Shown here: piece after piece, positions 25,839-36,013 of the stretch | How positions within the stretch are numbered: position 1 is the stretch's first letter | Layout of the letters: the number at the start of each line of letters is the position of its first letter | Virus record (IMG/VR): IMGVR_UViG_3300017971_000001 | Coordinates: 181,277 to 245,276 of that record | DNA: 64,000 nt | Reading direction: 5' to 3' (one strand) | Made by a program: the position numbers and the translations under genes | Notes under the pieces: model-generated | What the model saw: the letters and a program-made list of their open reading frames with translations, nothing else | What the model was told of the DNA's origin: nothing | Databases searched by the model: none

Positions 25839-26176
25839 TCCTTGATCTTCCTTAGGCGCTTCAGGAGCTCTTCGTCGTCGAGGCCTTCTTCGTCGAGGCA
25901 GTCGTCGCTGTCGAGGATCGATTGCTCCGACATTGCCCGAAAAGCCATGCGCGTCTTCTTGGGAAGGGAGATCTTACTCGAGGGGGGCTTCTTCTTCACA
26001 GGAGCGGAAGAAGGCGGAGGCGGCGGCGGGGGGCAGACTGCACCGGCTCCATTGACTCCATTGACGCCCTTCCTCAGATATCGACGGGTCTCTGAGCGTT
26101 GCGCCTTGGCGTGAATCTTGGGAAGGGCTTCGTCGATCTTCGCCAAGATCTCGTCCAGGGTCTCTTTGTTCTGCAT
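25835..26176 (-). CDS. Hypothetical protein with Pro-rich linker
   Basis: 113 aa; coupled to neighbours. Confidence 0.65.
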   Translation of the reverse strand: MQNKETLDEILAKIDEALPKIHAKAQRSETRRYLRKGVNGVNGAGAVCPPPPPPPSSAPVKKKPPSSKISLPKKTRMAFRAMSEQSILDSDDCLDEEGLDDEELLKRLRKIKD

Positions 26177-26583
26177 TACTCGTCTCCGTCGAGTTCTTCT
26201 TCGATCTCTGGAGGCTCGAGGCCAGCCAGGGCCTCGACGGATCGTTGCACGCGGACGGCAAGTCGCAACATGCGCTCTTGCAGTTGATCCGTGCGCTCCT
26301 GCGATTCTGTGCGAATCGTGAGGACTTCGTCCTTGAGCGCGTTGATTTGATCCTGGAGTTGCTGCTCTCGAGAGAGGCCCTCGAGCCTCTCCATGAACTG
26401 CGTCCGCTCGGTTTCCCGGGCCTGCCAGAGTTTCCAGGAAATGGTCGCCAAGACGATCGCAACAGGACCCGACCCTGCGAGGACCTCAACGGCGCGACTA
26501 AGGAGTGTGGCTTCCACGTTGGCCTCGCTCTCTGCTTTCTCTTTCAAGCGTACGGGGTTTTCCGCCCCCTGCAATCTGCCCAA
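26176..26583 (-). CDS. Single-TM coiled-coil protein (holin-like architecture)
   Basis: GPVAIVLATISWKLW followed by heptads; start may be GTG 26517. Confidence 0.55.
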   Translation of the reverse strand: MGRLQGAENPVRLKEKAESEANVEATLLSRAVEVLAGSGPVAIVLATISWKLWQARETERTQFMERLEGLSREQQLQDQINALKDEVLTIRTESQERTDQLQERMLRLAVRVQRSVEALAGLEPPEIEEELDGDE

Positions 26584-26771
26584 AGGGCAGTGTTCGATAT
26601 TGGAGGTGAGGGGGAGATAAGGGGGAGCGCGCGGCGCGCTGCTGCGTAGGCGCGCGCGTCTACTTGCACACGAGAAGAATATTTTTTGAAAGTGTTGGTC
26701 ACGCTGACTTCACGCAGTTGCAAGTGCATGAGAGTGTGGAAAAAACTGATCGAGAGGCCTGGACCCTATAG
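26584..26771. promoter_or_regulatory. AT-richer divergent control region between the - block and the structural + block
   Basis: Switch of coding strand; AATATTTTTTGAAA and GGAAAAAA tracts; no clean -35/-10 pair identified. Confidence 0.55.
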
Positions 26772-27284
26772 GTGGGTCACCTCAACAAAACGAGGTTAGC
26801 AGGAAGGCGTTTTTCCGATTTCCGGGCCTGCGAATTCATGGCGAAGTCAGAAGATATTACGGAGGCCCCGAAGATCCCCAAGAAGGGCGAGAAGGGCGTG
26901 ACCGATCGGTTCGTGGCCTGCAACGCCGCGCCGTGGAGTCACCCGGAAGAGCCTTCAGCGTGCCGTGTCCGCTGGTCATGGAACAAGAAGCTCCACTTTT
27001 TCGCGACTTGCCCTGTCTGCCGAGCTCGGACCTTCCTGAACGACTGGCGCGTCGAGGACGGCTACAACGTAGTCGAGGCGGAGTCCCAGGGCTTGAAGCC
27101 TTACGGGCTCAAGCGTGGCGAAAAGGAGATCCTCCTCCGAGAGCTTGGGCTCCGTCCTGCCACGCCGACTCAATATCCGATTCCGCCGCCGCCCCGCCTT
27201 CCGCCACCGATCTACCGAGGACTTCCTCAGCCGCCCCGTATGCGCCTGATCAAGAAGTCGAGCAAGAAGTCAAAGAAGAAGTAG
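26772..27284 (+). CDS. Cys-containing, Pro/Lys-tailed protein (possible regulator)
   Basis: ACN..ACR..TCPVC; start GTG 26772 or ATG 26838. Confidence 0.65.
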   Translation: MGHLNKTRLAGRRFSDFRACEFMAKSEDITEAPKIPKKGEKGVTDRFVACNAAPWSHPEEPSACRVRWSWNKKLHFFATCPVCRARTFLNDWRVEDGYNVVEAESQGLKPYGLKRGEKEILLRELGLRPATPTQYPIPPPPRLPPPIYRGLPQPPRMRLIKKSSKKSKKK

Positions 27285-27308
27285 CGAGCGACTCGCCAGA
27301 GGAGAGAC

Positions 27309-30008
27309 ATGAGCGACGTTGATCACGAAGACGATCACGAAGACGATCACGACGATTCGCCGCCGGTGTTCGAGGACGATCACGAAGACGAGGCGCCGCC
27401 TCCGCCGCGCCAGGAGTCGCGTCCTCGGCGTCGCAGCGGCGGTTCCCGTCAGCAGCGCCCTCGCCGGAACCGCGATCGTCCTTACGACGACGGTTACAGC
27501 CAGGAGCCCAACTACTTCAACCGCGGTTTCGATCCCCGTCGGCGCGGGCCCCGTCCGCTGGATCTTGCGCAAGAGCGCGACGAGGCCTTTTTGCGCGTGA
27601 AGCGCGTCAAGGTCAGCAAGGGCTGCGACGAGGACGAGGTCGGAATCGGTCACGCCGGCATGGTCGCCGACGAGCTCGGCTTCGAGGAGGAGATCTCCAA
27701 GAGGTTCGGCGGAGGCGTCTACGAGGTCACCGGTCTCTACGACGGACGGCTGAAGGCGACCAAGGTCACGATCGCTGGCAAGAGCAAGCCGATCGGAAAT
27801 ACCGAGAAGGAAGAGGACGAAGACGAGGAAGAGGAGGAGCTCACGGATCTCTCCGCGATCTCTTCGTTCCGCCGTCGGCGGCGTTCATACGACGACGAGG
27901 ACTACGACCTCGGAGGGTCCATGCGAGGAGGCTACGACGACTACCCCAGCCGGCGCCGGCGCTACGGAGGCGGTTACCGGAGTCGCTACGGTCGAGGCGG
28001 CTATGAGGGGGGATACGGAGACGGGCCCTACGGCGGAGGCTCCGGATACGGTGGCTACGGGGGGCCCGGCGGCCCCGGCGGCTACGGACGCGATCCCTAC
28101 GGCGGGGGCGGTTATGGCGGAGGGGGCTATGGAGGCCCTGGCGGCTACGGGCCTCATGCTCCCGCCCCTGGCCCGCACCAGTTCCAGCCGAATCCCGGTC
28201 TGCCTGGTCCTGCCGGTCAGTTCGGCCAGAACCCCTACACGTCGCCTCAACAGCCTGGCCAGCAGGGCGTCTACGTCAAGAACGACGACAGCAAGAACGA
28301 GGAGCTTGAGGCCCTGCGCGAGGAACTCGAGGCCATGCGTGAGAAGGCGCAGGAGGTCGCTGATCGCGCTGCTGAGGAGCGCGAGAACCGGCGGCTTGAG
28401 GAAATGCGCCACCAGCACGCCGAGCGCGAGCAGGAGCTCAAGCGCCTGATCGACTCCATGAAGGGCGACAGCGAGCGCCAAATGGAACTCCTGCGCCAGC
28501 AGGCTGAGAAGCAGGTAGAGGAACTCCGCCGGCACATGGAGCAGCGCGAACGCGACGCCAAGGAGCAGCAGGCCAAGCTCGAGCAGGCCCTGCGCGAGAG
28601 TAGCCGCGATCACCAGAACACGATCGCGCAAATGCAGACACAGTTCCAGTCCGCGCTCGCTCAGGCCCAGGCCGCTGAGGGCAAGGGCGGCACCGCGATC
28701 GAGAAAATGCTCGAAATGCAAATGATCCAAATGCAGCAGGGTCAGCAGCGTTTGGAGCAGGAGCGGCTCGATCGCGAAATGCGCTGGCGTGAGGAGCGCG
28801 AGCTCAAGCGCGCCGAGGCGGACAAGCGCGAGGTTGAGTACCGGCGCGACAAGGACCGCCAGGAAGAAGTGCGCCGGGAGGACCGCGAGCGCGAGGAGGC
28901 CCGTCGGCGCGAGAGCGAGCGCCACTACCAGCAAATGCTGGAAATGGGCATGCAGCAGCGCCAGACGCCCGAGCAAATGCTCGCCATGCTCAAGACCATG
29001 GTCGACCTCACTCCCCGCGAGAACGCGACCGAGAAGGTCATGGAGCTCGCCCAGGCTGCTATGGCCATGCGCGAACTCCTCGGCGGGAACGAGCAGTCCG
29101 AGAACAAGTGGGCCGATATCGTCGAGCGCGGCGGCAAGGCTCTCGTCAGCGCGGTCGGCAACCTTCAGGCCAATCGGGCTCAGGCTCAGCAGCAGCAACA
29201 GCAGGCGCTCGTGGCTCAGCAGCAGGCTATGCAGGCCCTGCCGGGCCCGCAGCAGCAGGCTCAGCGACAACTGGCCATGCAGCAGGCGATCGCTGCTCAG
29301 CGACAGCAGCAGGCCATGCAGGCTCAGCAGGCCCACGCTCAACAGAACGCTGCTCCCGAGCAGCGCGAGCCGCAGCCGGAGCACTGGGGTCGGGTTCTGG
29401 GCTTCACGGTCGATTCGTTCAACTCGGGGAACGACCCCGACTCGACGGCGACTCACTTGCACACCATGGTCACCGTGGGCATGCAGGTGCCTCAGATCAT
29501 GGAGAAGCTCGAGGAGACGTCCCCCGACGAACTCCGTTTCCAGCTGGGCTTCCTCCAGCTTTCCCCGGAAATGCAGTCGAGTCCCTTCCTGGCCAAGGTC
29601 AACCAGTTGGTCGCGGTCATGGACACCCCGGAAGGTAAGGCGTGGGTCACCGCGCTGCTCGAGTCGATCTGCGAAATCCAGAGCGAGATTCGCGAGGCGC
29701 GTTACGGAGCCGAGCAGGCGCAGGCCCAGGCGCAGACTCAGCCTGTTCACCACGCCCAGTCGCACCAGGGCCCTCGGGCCCAGAGCTCTCAGGTTCAGCA
29801 GGCCCAGGTTCAGCAGCCTCAGATCGAGCGCCCGCCCCACCCGCCGGCCGGCGGAACGTCGGCGCAGTTCGCAGCCAACAGCAACGGCGCGGACCTCGAA
29901 GACGAGGAGGACTTCTCCAGTCCGCAGGAGGGCGGGAGCTCCGAGGCGTTCGCGGCCCAGTCTCGCGGGCCGGCGGGCGAACCGCCCCGCGGTGAGTGGA
30001 ACGAGTAG
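27309..30008 (+). CDS. 899 aa low-complexity/coiled-coil protein
   Basis: Acidic tracts, YGG/RYG-rich region, long coiled coil, Gln-rich segments; GGAG RBS; terminator downstream. Confidence 0.85.
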   Translation: MSDVDHEDDHEDDHDDSPPVFEDDHEDEAPPPPRQESRPRRRSGGSRQQRPRRNRDRPYDDGYSQEPNYFNRGFDPRRRGPRPLDLAQERDEAFLRVKRVKVSKGCDEDEVGIGHAGMVADELGFEEEISKRFGGGVYEVTGLYDGRLKATKVTIAGKSKPIGNTEKEEDEDEEEEELTDLSAISSFRRRRRSYDDEDYDLGGSMRGGYDDYPSRRRRYGGGYRSRYGRGGYEGGYGDGPYGGGSGYGGYGGPGGPGGYGRDPYGGGGYGGGGYGGPGGYGPHAPAPGPHQFQPNPGLPGPAGQFGQNPYTSPQQPGQQGVYVKNDDSKNEELEALREELEAMREKAQEVADRAAEERENRRLEEMRHQHAEREQELKRLIDSMKGDSERQMELLRQQAEKQVEELRRHMEQRERDAKEQQAKLEQALRESSRDHQNTIAQMQTQFQSALAQAQAAEGKGGTAIEKMLEMQMIQMQQGQQRLEQERLDREMRWREERELKRAEADKREVEYRRDKDRQEEVRREDREREEARRRESERHYQQMLEMGMQQRQTPEQMLAMLKTMVDLTPRENATEKVMELAQAAMAMRELLGGNEQSENKWADIVERGGKALVSAVGNLQANRAQAQQQQQQALVAQQQAMQALPGPQQQAQRQLAMQQAIAAQRQQQAMQAQQAHAQQNAAPEQREPQPEHWGRVLGFTVDSFNSGNDPDSTATHLHTMVTVGMQVPQIMEKLEETSPDELRFQLGFLQLSPEMQSSPFLAKVNQLVAVMDTPEGKAWVTALLESICEIQSEIREARYGAEQAQAQAQTQPVHHAQSHQGPRAQSSQVQQAQVQQPQIERPPHPPAGGTSAQFAANSNGADLEDEEDFSSPQEGGSSEAFAAQSRGPAGEPPRGEWNE

Positions 30009-30031
30009 AACAACAACTCCTGTTGCAGAGG

Positions 30032-30068
30032 GGTGCGGGCTCGGGGGAACTCGGGCCCGCGCCTTTTT
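30032..30068 (+). terminator. Rho-independent terminator
   Basis: 14-bp stem with GGAA loop followed by TTTTT. Confidence 0.75.
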
Positions 30069-30099
30069 GAGCAGGGGCGCAGCCGCGGGTTAGTCTGAA

Positions 30100-30930
30100 G
30101 TGAGGAGTTCCGTCATGTCGTATTTGCAAATGTCCGGCCTCTTCGACAACGCCGACTGGGCCAAGGCCGCCGGTAGCACGACCGACGTTTTCGGCTTGCG
30201 CGCCAAGGAGGCCCGCAAGGCTGCCGAGGAGCAGCAAGAGCACGAGCGCATGCTGCAGGCTCAGACTTTTGAGCAGCGGCGTCTTGTGAGTCAGGACGAG
30301 CGAGAGGCCGCCGCGGTCGATCGCATGCGGGACCGGGTCCGTCTCAAGGTCCAGGAGATCGAGCAGGTCGCACTCTCTGCTGCCCAGGCAATGGAGAAGG
30401 CCCGGAAGTTGATCGAGCTCCCCCAGCTGGCTGGCGACCCAGTCCTCGAGGAAGTGGAGAGCGAGATCGGCTCGCTCGAAGTGGCTGTTGTCCAGATCCA
30501 GGCCGGGACCGTGGTTGACACGGCGACGTTCGACACCAAGCGCCTCGCCGTTGCCTACAGCGACGCCCAGGCGGGCCTGATTGCCATGCGCTCGATTCTC
30601 TCCAGGGCTCTGGGCGTCGTCGAAAAGTTGGAAGGGCGCCTGAACGAGCTCAAGGCAGAGCGCCGTCGCCTGCAGGAGCTCGAGCGTCAGCGGCAAGCCC
30701 AGCTGGCCCAGGAGAAGGCGCGCCAGCGGGCGGCTGAAGCAGCGGCGCGCGAGCGCGAGCAGAAGGCTCGGCAAGAGGCTGAGCGCCAGGCGCGTCTTGA
30801 GAGGATTCAGGCGATCCGTCGCCTGGACGATCAAATCGCCCGCGAGCGCGCTGCGATCCGTCGCCTCAAGACGGAAGTCGTGGAGATTCGTGCGCGGGCT
30901 GCGGAGCGCGCTGCCCTGGCAAGGAGTTAG
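30100..30930 (+). CDS. Coiled-coil putative virion protein
   Basis: N-terminal MSGLFD; long E/R/Q/A heptads. Confidence 0.78.
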   Translation: MRSSVMSYLQMSGLFDNADWAKAAGSTTDVFGLRAKEARKAAEEQQEHERMLQAQTFEQRRLVSQDEREAAAVDRMRDRVRLKVQEIEQVALSAAQAMEKARKLIELPQLAGDPVLEEVESEIGSLEVAVVQIQAGTVVDTATFDTKRLAVAYSDAQAGLIAMRSILSRALGVVEKLEGRLNELKAERRRLQELERQRQAQLAQEKARQRAAEAAAREREQKARQEAERQARLERIQAIRRLDDQIARERAAIRRLKTEVVEIRARAAERAALARS

Positions 30931-30932
30931 TT

Positions 30933-31340
30933 ATGGCGAAGGACGACGTCAACGATCCGGGCCAGAAGTTCCTGCGCGACTTCTTGAGCCAACTCATGGC
31001 GCTGCAGCGAACGAATCAAGAGCTCGTCCAGGTCATGCTGAAGACGTATCAGCAGCAGCAGCAGATCCTGACCCAGCAGGCGAGCCTCACCCAGCAGATC
31101 GGGAATATGACGGCTCACCTGGACGGCCTGAGCCAGCGCGCGGACTACCTCTACGAGCGCATGGGCGAGCTCGGCTCGATCTTGATCGACGAGCAGCAGC
31201 CCCAGAGCCAGACGTATTACCCGACCCAGCCGACGCACTACGCTCCGAACCCGATCGAGCAGATCGGCGGCGCTGTCGCGAACACGCTTTTCGGTGCCGG
31301 GGCGACGCAGCGACGCAGTGGCAGGCGCCGGAGGCGCTGA
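30933..31340 (+). CDS. Gln-rich coiled-coil protein with Arg tail
   Basis: GGAG RBS; ends GRRRRR. Confidence 0.72.
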   Translation: MAKDDVNDPGQKFLRDFLSQLMALQRTNQELVQVMLKTYQQQQQILTQQASLTQQIGNMTAHLDGLSQRADYLYERMGELGSILIDEQQPQSQTYYPTQPTHYAPNPIEQIGGAVANTLFGAGATQRRSGRRRRR

Positions 31341-31399
31341 TAGGCTGAAAGCAAGTCTCGACTTGCGCACTTTTTAGTGCAAAGCCTGCGGAGCCTTTT

Positions 31400-32176
31400 G
31401 TGCTGCTGCCAATCCGTCAAATCAACGTGACGCCCGAGGGGATTCCGATCCTCGCCGGCAGCGCCTCGCCTGAGACAAAGCGTCCCCCGGCTGCGATCCG
31501 CCGAATCCGTTCCGCGGTCCCAGCCAACCCTACTATTGCGCCCATGCGCCCGACGCCCCCGATCGTGTCCATGCACGGCGCAGGCGCTCCCTACGGAAAA
31601 ACGTGGGGCCCTCCTGTCAAATACGTGCGGATCCCTGGCGGAGAGCAAGGGACCGTTGCCACGCTCAAGGTCATGAAGCAGGTCGTGCTCGGGCCCTGGG
31701 GGCACAGGAACCCCGAGGTCGTCGAACTCGCGCGTATGATCACGGACGGAGCCAGCCCCGGACCTGAGAAGAACTACCGCGAAATGGCGGGCCGGATCCT
31801 CGAGTTCATGAAGACGCACGTCGACTACCGACTCGACCCGTCCGGCCTCGAGTACGTTCCGACGCCTTGGTACACCTTGCTCGTCTCGGGCAAGGAAGAC
31901 TGCGACGGCCACAGCGTTGCGACAGCCGCCCTGGCCATGGCGCTGGGCATGAAGGCCGCCTTCCGTACCGTCAAGGGCGACCCGAATCGAAAAGATCAGT
32001 GGAGCCACGTTTACCCCGTAATCGGGTTCGTCGAACGCGGCAAGACTGTCTGGCTGACTGCGGACAGCACGCAGGCAGAAAGCTACCTGGGGTGGGATCC
32101 CCCGCAAGAAAAGCTCTTCGGAATGAAGACGTGGGTGATCACGCCCAGTATGGAGGACCGAGAATGGGAGGCCTGA
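31400..32176 (+). CDS. Transglutaminase-like cysteine protease (candidate maturation protease)
   Basis: GKEDCDGHS (Cys), WSHVYP (His), WLTADST (Asp) in transglutaminase-like order. Confidence 0.82.
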   Translation: MLLPIRQINVTPEGIPILAGSASPETKRPPAAIRRIRSAVPANPTIAPMRPTPPIVSMHGAGAPYGKTWGPPVKYVRIPGGEQGTVATLKVMKQVVLGPWGHRNPEVVELARMITDGASPGPEKNYREMAGRILEFMKTHVDYRLDPSGLEYVPTPWYTLLVSGKEDCDGHSVATAALAMALGMKAAFRTVKGDPNRKDQWSHVYPVIGFVERGKTVWLTADSTQAESYLGWDPPQEKLFGMKTWVITPSMEDREWEA

Positions 32177-34080
32177 TTTTGGGTGGGCGCGGAAGTCGCC
32201 CCCCGCGGAAGCCGGCGCGCGTTCGTCGCGCTGGACTGGGCGGCCTCGGAGCCGGCCCCTGGGACAACTTCAACGCCGCTCAGTTCACCGAGCGCTGCAA
32301 TCCTGGACTCAAGAGTCAGGCGGGCGGCAACGCTCAGCAGATCATGGCCGCGTTCAGCGCTGCAGACGCTGCTCTGACCCGAGCCGAGCGCGACCTCACG
32401 CTCGCCAGCGATCGCCTCTCGACGGTCGGCTTCGATCCCGTCGCTGACTTCGAGGCGGCGCAGCTGGAAGACGACCTCGGCTTCGCGATCGATCAGGTCA
32501 GCGATCTTCGCCGTGACCTGGGCGCGACGTTCGACGACTTCAGCAACAGCATGCGTTCTGCGTTTGACAGCAACTTCTGCCCGCTCGTCCCTGGCGCCGG
32601 GATCGCGCAGGCGGACCAGTTCCTGCCCGCGATCAAGCGAATCCAGGCCGCGGCCTCCGCTTTGACGGGTGACCTCAAGGCGCGCGTCGCTTCGACGGAG
32701 CGCGCGATCGTCGCTCGAATCGATCGCGAGAACCGCGAGCGTGCCGCGGCTGAGGCGGCCCAGCTTGCTGCTGAGCAACGGGCAATCCGCGAGGCTGAGG
32801 AGGCCCGCCGGCTTGCCGAGCTCGAGGCCGAGCGTGAGCGCCTGCGCCTGGAGGCGGAGGAGCGCGAGCGTCAGCGCGAGTACGATCTTCAGCAACAGGC
32901 CCTCGAAGAGCAGCGACTTCGCGAGCAGCGCGAGGCCGAGGCGATCGCGCGTGAAGAGCAGTATCGGCGCGAGGTCGAGGAGCGGAGGCTTGAGGCCGAG
33001 GAGCGTGCTCGGCAAATGGAGCTCGACCGAATCCGCATGGCGGAGGAGGCCGAGGAGCGCCGGCGTCAGCTGGAACTCGAGGCCGAGCAGCGCCGCGAGG
33101 CCATGGAGCAGGAGCGCATTCTCCGAGAGGAGCAGCGTCGACTGCGCGCTGAGGAGCGCGAGGCCGAGCTCGAGCGCCTGACGCTCATGCAGGAACTCGC
33201 CGCCAGCGGACTCCCCCTTCCCGTTGCCACTCCGGCGACCGGGCCGGCGACGTCGTTCGCCTACCCCGGCGCGGCCGCGGCGCAGCTTCCCGCTTCGATC
33301 TATGGCCAGCAGCTTCCTGCTGGTTTCACCACTCCGCCCGGGTTCCAGTCCCCGGCGCTCTCCCCTGGCGCCCCGCAGATCACGGCGTATCCCGGTGCGC
33401 CCGGCGCCGCTCCGGTTCAGCAGCAGATTCAGCCGTTCCAGCAGAGCGCTCCGCTGCCGTTTCAGCAGAGCGCCCCGCTGCAGCCTGCGCCCACGGCCCC
33501 GCCGCCGGCGCCTGGGTTCCAGTGGGCGTCGTTCGATCCGGCAGGCGAGCTCTTCGGTATGGGGCCGATCGCCACTTCGGCCAAGCTGCGCGGAGGCATG
33601 ATCGAGGAGGGCTTCAAGGTCTACGGACCGAATGCTCAGGGCGACTACACCTTCTTCAACCCCGACGGCCAGCGGATCTCCGTCAAGACCATGGCGGGCC
33701 GGACGACCAACCTCGTCACTGAGGACGAGGTCATGGCCGGTCCGATCATGCACGAAGTGGACGGTCAGCAGCGCGTGATCTACAGCCCGCCCGCCGAGGG
33801 TGGCTCGAGCGACGATAGCGCTGCGATCGCTTCGGCGATCGCCCAGATCGTTTCGGCGGGCGCTCAGGCGACCGGGAACGTGCTGGTCGCGCGTGAGCAG
33901 CGCAAGGCCGCGGAAAGGTCTTCCGACGGGTTCCAGATTCCTGGCTACCCCTCGCTCACGATCCGTCAGGAGGGCCCGCAGGGCCTGAACCCCCTGGTCG
34001 TCATTGGCGGCCTGGCGGTCGCTGCCTTGGGAACGTTCGCGGTGATCAAGGTCGCCACGCGCGGCAAGGACGAGGAGTAG
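32164..34080 (+). CDS. Large coiled-coil, tail-anchored virion protein
   Basis: ATG 32164 after GGAGG; RRAGLGGLG; long coiled coil; Pro/Gln linker; C-terminal TM helix then RGK. Confidence 0.82.
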   Translation: MGGLILGGRGSRPPRKPARVRRAGLGGLGAGPWDNFNAAQFTERCNPGLKSQAGGNAQQIMAAFSAADAALTRAERDLTLASDRLSTVGFDPVADFEAAQLEDDLGFAIDQVSDLRRDLGATFDDFSNSMRSAFDSNFCPLVPGAGIAQADQFLPAIKRIQAAASALTGDLKARVASTERAIVARIDRENRERAAAEAAQLAAEQRAIREAEEARRLAELEAERERLRLEAEERERQREYDLQQQALEEQRLREQREAEAIAREEQYRREVEERRLEAEERARQMELDRIRMAEEAEERRRQLELEAEQRREAMEQERILREEQRRLRAEEREAELERLTLMQELAASGLPLPVATPATGPATSFAYPGAAAAQLPASIYGQQLPAGFTTPPGFQSPALSPGAPQITAYPGAPGAAPVQQQIQPFQQSAPLPFQQSAPLQPAPTAPPPAPGFQWASFDPAGELFGMGPIATSAKLRGGMIEEGFKVYGPNAQGDYTFFNPDGQRISVKTMAGRTTNLVTEDEVMAGPIMHEVDGQQRVIYSPPAEGGSSDDSAAIASAIAQIVSAGAQATGNVLVAREQRKAAERSSDGFQIPGYPSLTIRQEGPQGLNPLVVIGGLAVAALGTFAVIKVATRGKDEE

Positions 34081-34084
34081 CGAC

Positions 34085-34411
34085 GTGTCCGGGTTGACCT
34101 TGGGGCTCGGTGACGATCTGGACGACGTGCGCGCCCAGGTCGCTGCTCAGCAGGCTGAGAAGGCTGCTGAGGAGAAGGCTCGTCAAGAAGCGAGTCGGCC
34201 CCAGGTCACCCAGGTCACCAACGAGACCTACCACATTCGCCCCTACCAGTGGGTCCCTCGGCTGACTCAGCGGCGCAGTCTGCTGAACGAACCTGAGGCG
34301 CCCGCGCCCCTTCAACTGCCCGGCATTGTTCGCGAGGGGACCAATTGGCCCCTCGTGATCGGTGGCTCGCTGGCTGCAATCGCATTCATTGCTCTCGTTC
34401 TGAAGAGATAG
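34085..34411 (+). CDS. Tail-anchored membrane protein
   Basis: MSGLTLGLGD; C-terminal LVIGGSLAAIAFIALVLKR. Confidence 0.75.
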   Translation: MSGLTLGLGDDLDDVRAQVAAQQAEKAAEEKARQEASRPQVTQVTNETYHIRPYQWVPRLTQRRSLLNEPEAPAPLQLPGIVREGTNWPLVIGGSLAAIAFIALVLKR

Positions 34412-34412
34412 C

Positions 34413-34634
34413 GTGGACTCTGCAACGAACAATCCGCTGCTCTTCGGCGCAGGCGCTGCAGCGCTGACCTACGGTCTCCGCTCGGCGTCCTCGGACAAGG
34501 ACCGTGAACGTCTTCCGACGCCACTCGCGGCGTTCATTGGCATGACGGCCCTGGTCGCGTTGCTTCAAGGGCTCGGGTCATTCTTGAGCGGAATGCGCGC
34601 GATCGATCAGCCTTCCCTCCCCTTTCCTCGTTAG
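34413..34634 (+). CDS. Small two-TM membrane protein
   Basis: LLFGAGAAALTYGL and FIGMTALVALLQGLG. Confidence 0.68.
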   Translation: MDSATNNPLLFGAGAAALTYGLRSASSDKDRERLPTPLAAFIGMTALVALLQGLGSFLSGMRAIDQPSLPFPR

Positions 34635-34642
34635 GAGTTCGC

Positions 34643-34990
34643 GTGGCTTTGCAAATGCACCAACTCCACGGCTTGGGGAATGCGGCGACGGTGATCGCCT
34701 CGGTCGTCGGGCCCGCGGCTCAGGCGGGCGCGGATATCTTCCGCACCACGCAGGAGAAGAAGATCGCCGAGAAGGAGCTCAAGCAGCGGCGCGCTGAGTC
34801 CGCGACCTACGCTGAACTCTCGAGGGAGGCGCTTGAGGCGAGCGAGCGTCAGCAGGTCCTCGCGCAAGCCCTGGCGCTGCGCCAGGCCCAAGCGCGGCGA
34901 GCTCAGACCCAAACCTACATGCCCTACTACCTGGGCCTTGGCGCGCTGGCGTTGCTTGCGGTCGCCGCGGCCGCGGCAGCGAGGAAATAG
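34643..34990 (+). CDS. Tail-anchored membrane protein
   Basis: LHGLG; coiled coil; C-terminal TM then RK. Confidence 0.75.
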   Translation: MALQMHQLHGLGNAATVIASVVGPAAQAGADIFRTTQEKKIAEKELKQRRAESATYAELSREALEASERQQVLAQALALRQAQARRAQTQTYMPYYLGLGALALLAVAAAAAARK

Positions 34991-34992
34991 AT

Positions 34993-35298
34993 ATGGCCAA
35001 GCGGCACCCCAGCGCGAACAAGGTTATCAGAGCTCTAGAAGGTTTGAATGTCGCCGCGCTCCTGCTTGACGAGAAGATCGACGACCTCCTCTATTACTTG
35101 GAGGTCGACGAGGACGACACGGAGTGGCCTGACGTCAATGCCGCCGCGCTCCTCCTCGACGAGGCGGGAGGACCCAAGCGATCTGCGGTCATGGGCAAGA
35201 TCAAGAAGATCGAGCAGGCCCAGCAAGAACTCTGCAAGGCACTCGCGGCCGCCATGCCCACGACCAAGGCTCGTCAGATTCTGAGTCGAAAGCGGTAG
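34993..35298 (+). CDS. Hypothetical helical protein
   Basis: 101 aa in the operon. Confidence 0.68.
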   Translation: MAKRHPSANKVIRALEGLNVAALLLDEKIDDLLYYLEVDEDDTEWPDVNAAALLLDEAGGPKRSAVMGKIKKIEQAQQELCKALAAAMPTTKARQILSRKR

Positions 35299-35302
35299 AG
35301 CT

Positions 35303-35650
35303 ATGCCCGTCAACCCTTCCTGGCTTCAGTCCGTGCGCGAGAAGAACCGCGCCAAGTTCGGCATGGCCGGCATGAGTGGAGGTATGTCCGGGCTCGGAGA
35401 TCACAGCGCGCAGGCGCTGGTTGACGCGCTGAACGCGAGTCGCGACCAGCGCTCGGTGGCGCTCAAGAAGGCGGAGCCTCAGAAGGAATACGAGCAGGGC
35501 TCGGTGGAGTCGATCCTTCAGTCTCTGCCCGAACTCCAGGTTCAGCCGACGCCGGAGATTCCTCGCGGCGTCTTGTATGTGGGCGGAGCGATCGCGGTCG
35601 GCCTGACGCTCTTGATCGGGATCTCGCTGTTCCGAGGAGGTTCAGAATGA
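35303..35650 (+). CDS. Tail-anchored membrane protein
   Basis: GMAGMSGGMSGLGD; C-terminal TM. Confidence 0.75.
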   Translation: MPVNPSWLQSVREKNRAKFGMAGMSGGMSGLGDHSAQALVDALNASRDQRSVALKKAEPQKEYEQGSVESILQSLPELQVQPTPEIPRGVLYVGGAIAVGLTLLIGISLFRGGSE

Positions 35651-35964
35651 TCGGCCTGGGACAGTTCGACGAAGCCGCGCTCATGTCCAAGCAGCGCGAG
35701 CTCCAGAAGTTGCGCGCTGAGCGCGAGGCGCTGGAGGACGAAGTCGACGCGCTCCGAGTTGAGCTCTCGAAGCCGGCGCCTCGCCCGGAACTGGTTCGCC
35801 AGGCCTCTCCGGACGCGGCTCGGATCCCCGTGGTTCAGCAGGAGCGCGTGCCGCAGCAGCGCGGTCCGATCGTGGTCCCGCAGGCCCCTACTTCCCAGTT
35901 CGGCTTGATTGCTGCTGGCGTGGCGGCGCTCGGCGCCTTCCTCTACTTTCGCAGTCGAAAGTAG
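35647..35964 (+). CDS. Tail-anchored membrane protein
   Basis: MIGLGQ; C-terminal GLIAAGVAALGAFLYFRSRK. Confidence 0.75.
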   Translation: MIGLGQFDEAALMSKQRELQKLRAEREALEDEVDALRVELSKPAPRPELVRQASPDAARIPVVQQERVPQQRGPIVVPQAPTSQFGLIAAGVAALGAFLYFRSRK

Positions 35965-36013
35965 TTGGTGGCAGGGCCAGCAGACTTGCCTACGATCGAG
36001 CTAGGGAGTCTGT

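Noticed and set aside
27885-30834. Long minus-strand ORFs (651 aa, 395 aa)
   Set aside because: Shadows of 27309 and 30100, which have an RBS, a terminator and coherent composition
31867-32163. N-terminal extension of the 737 aa ORF
   Set aside because: Overlaps the protease gene; GGAGG plus ATG at 32164 is the better start
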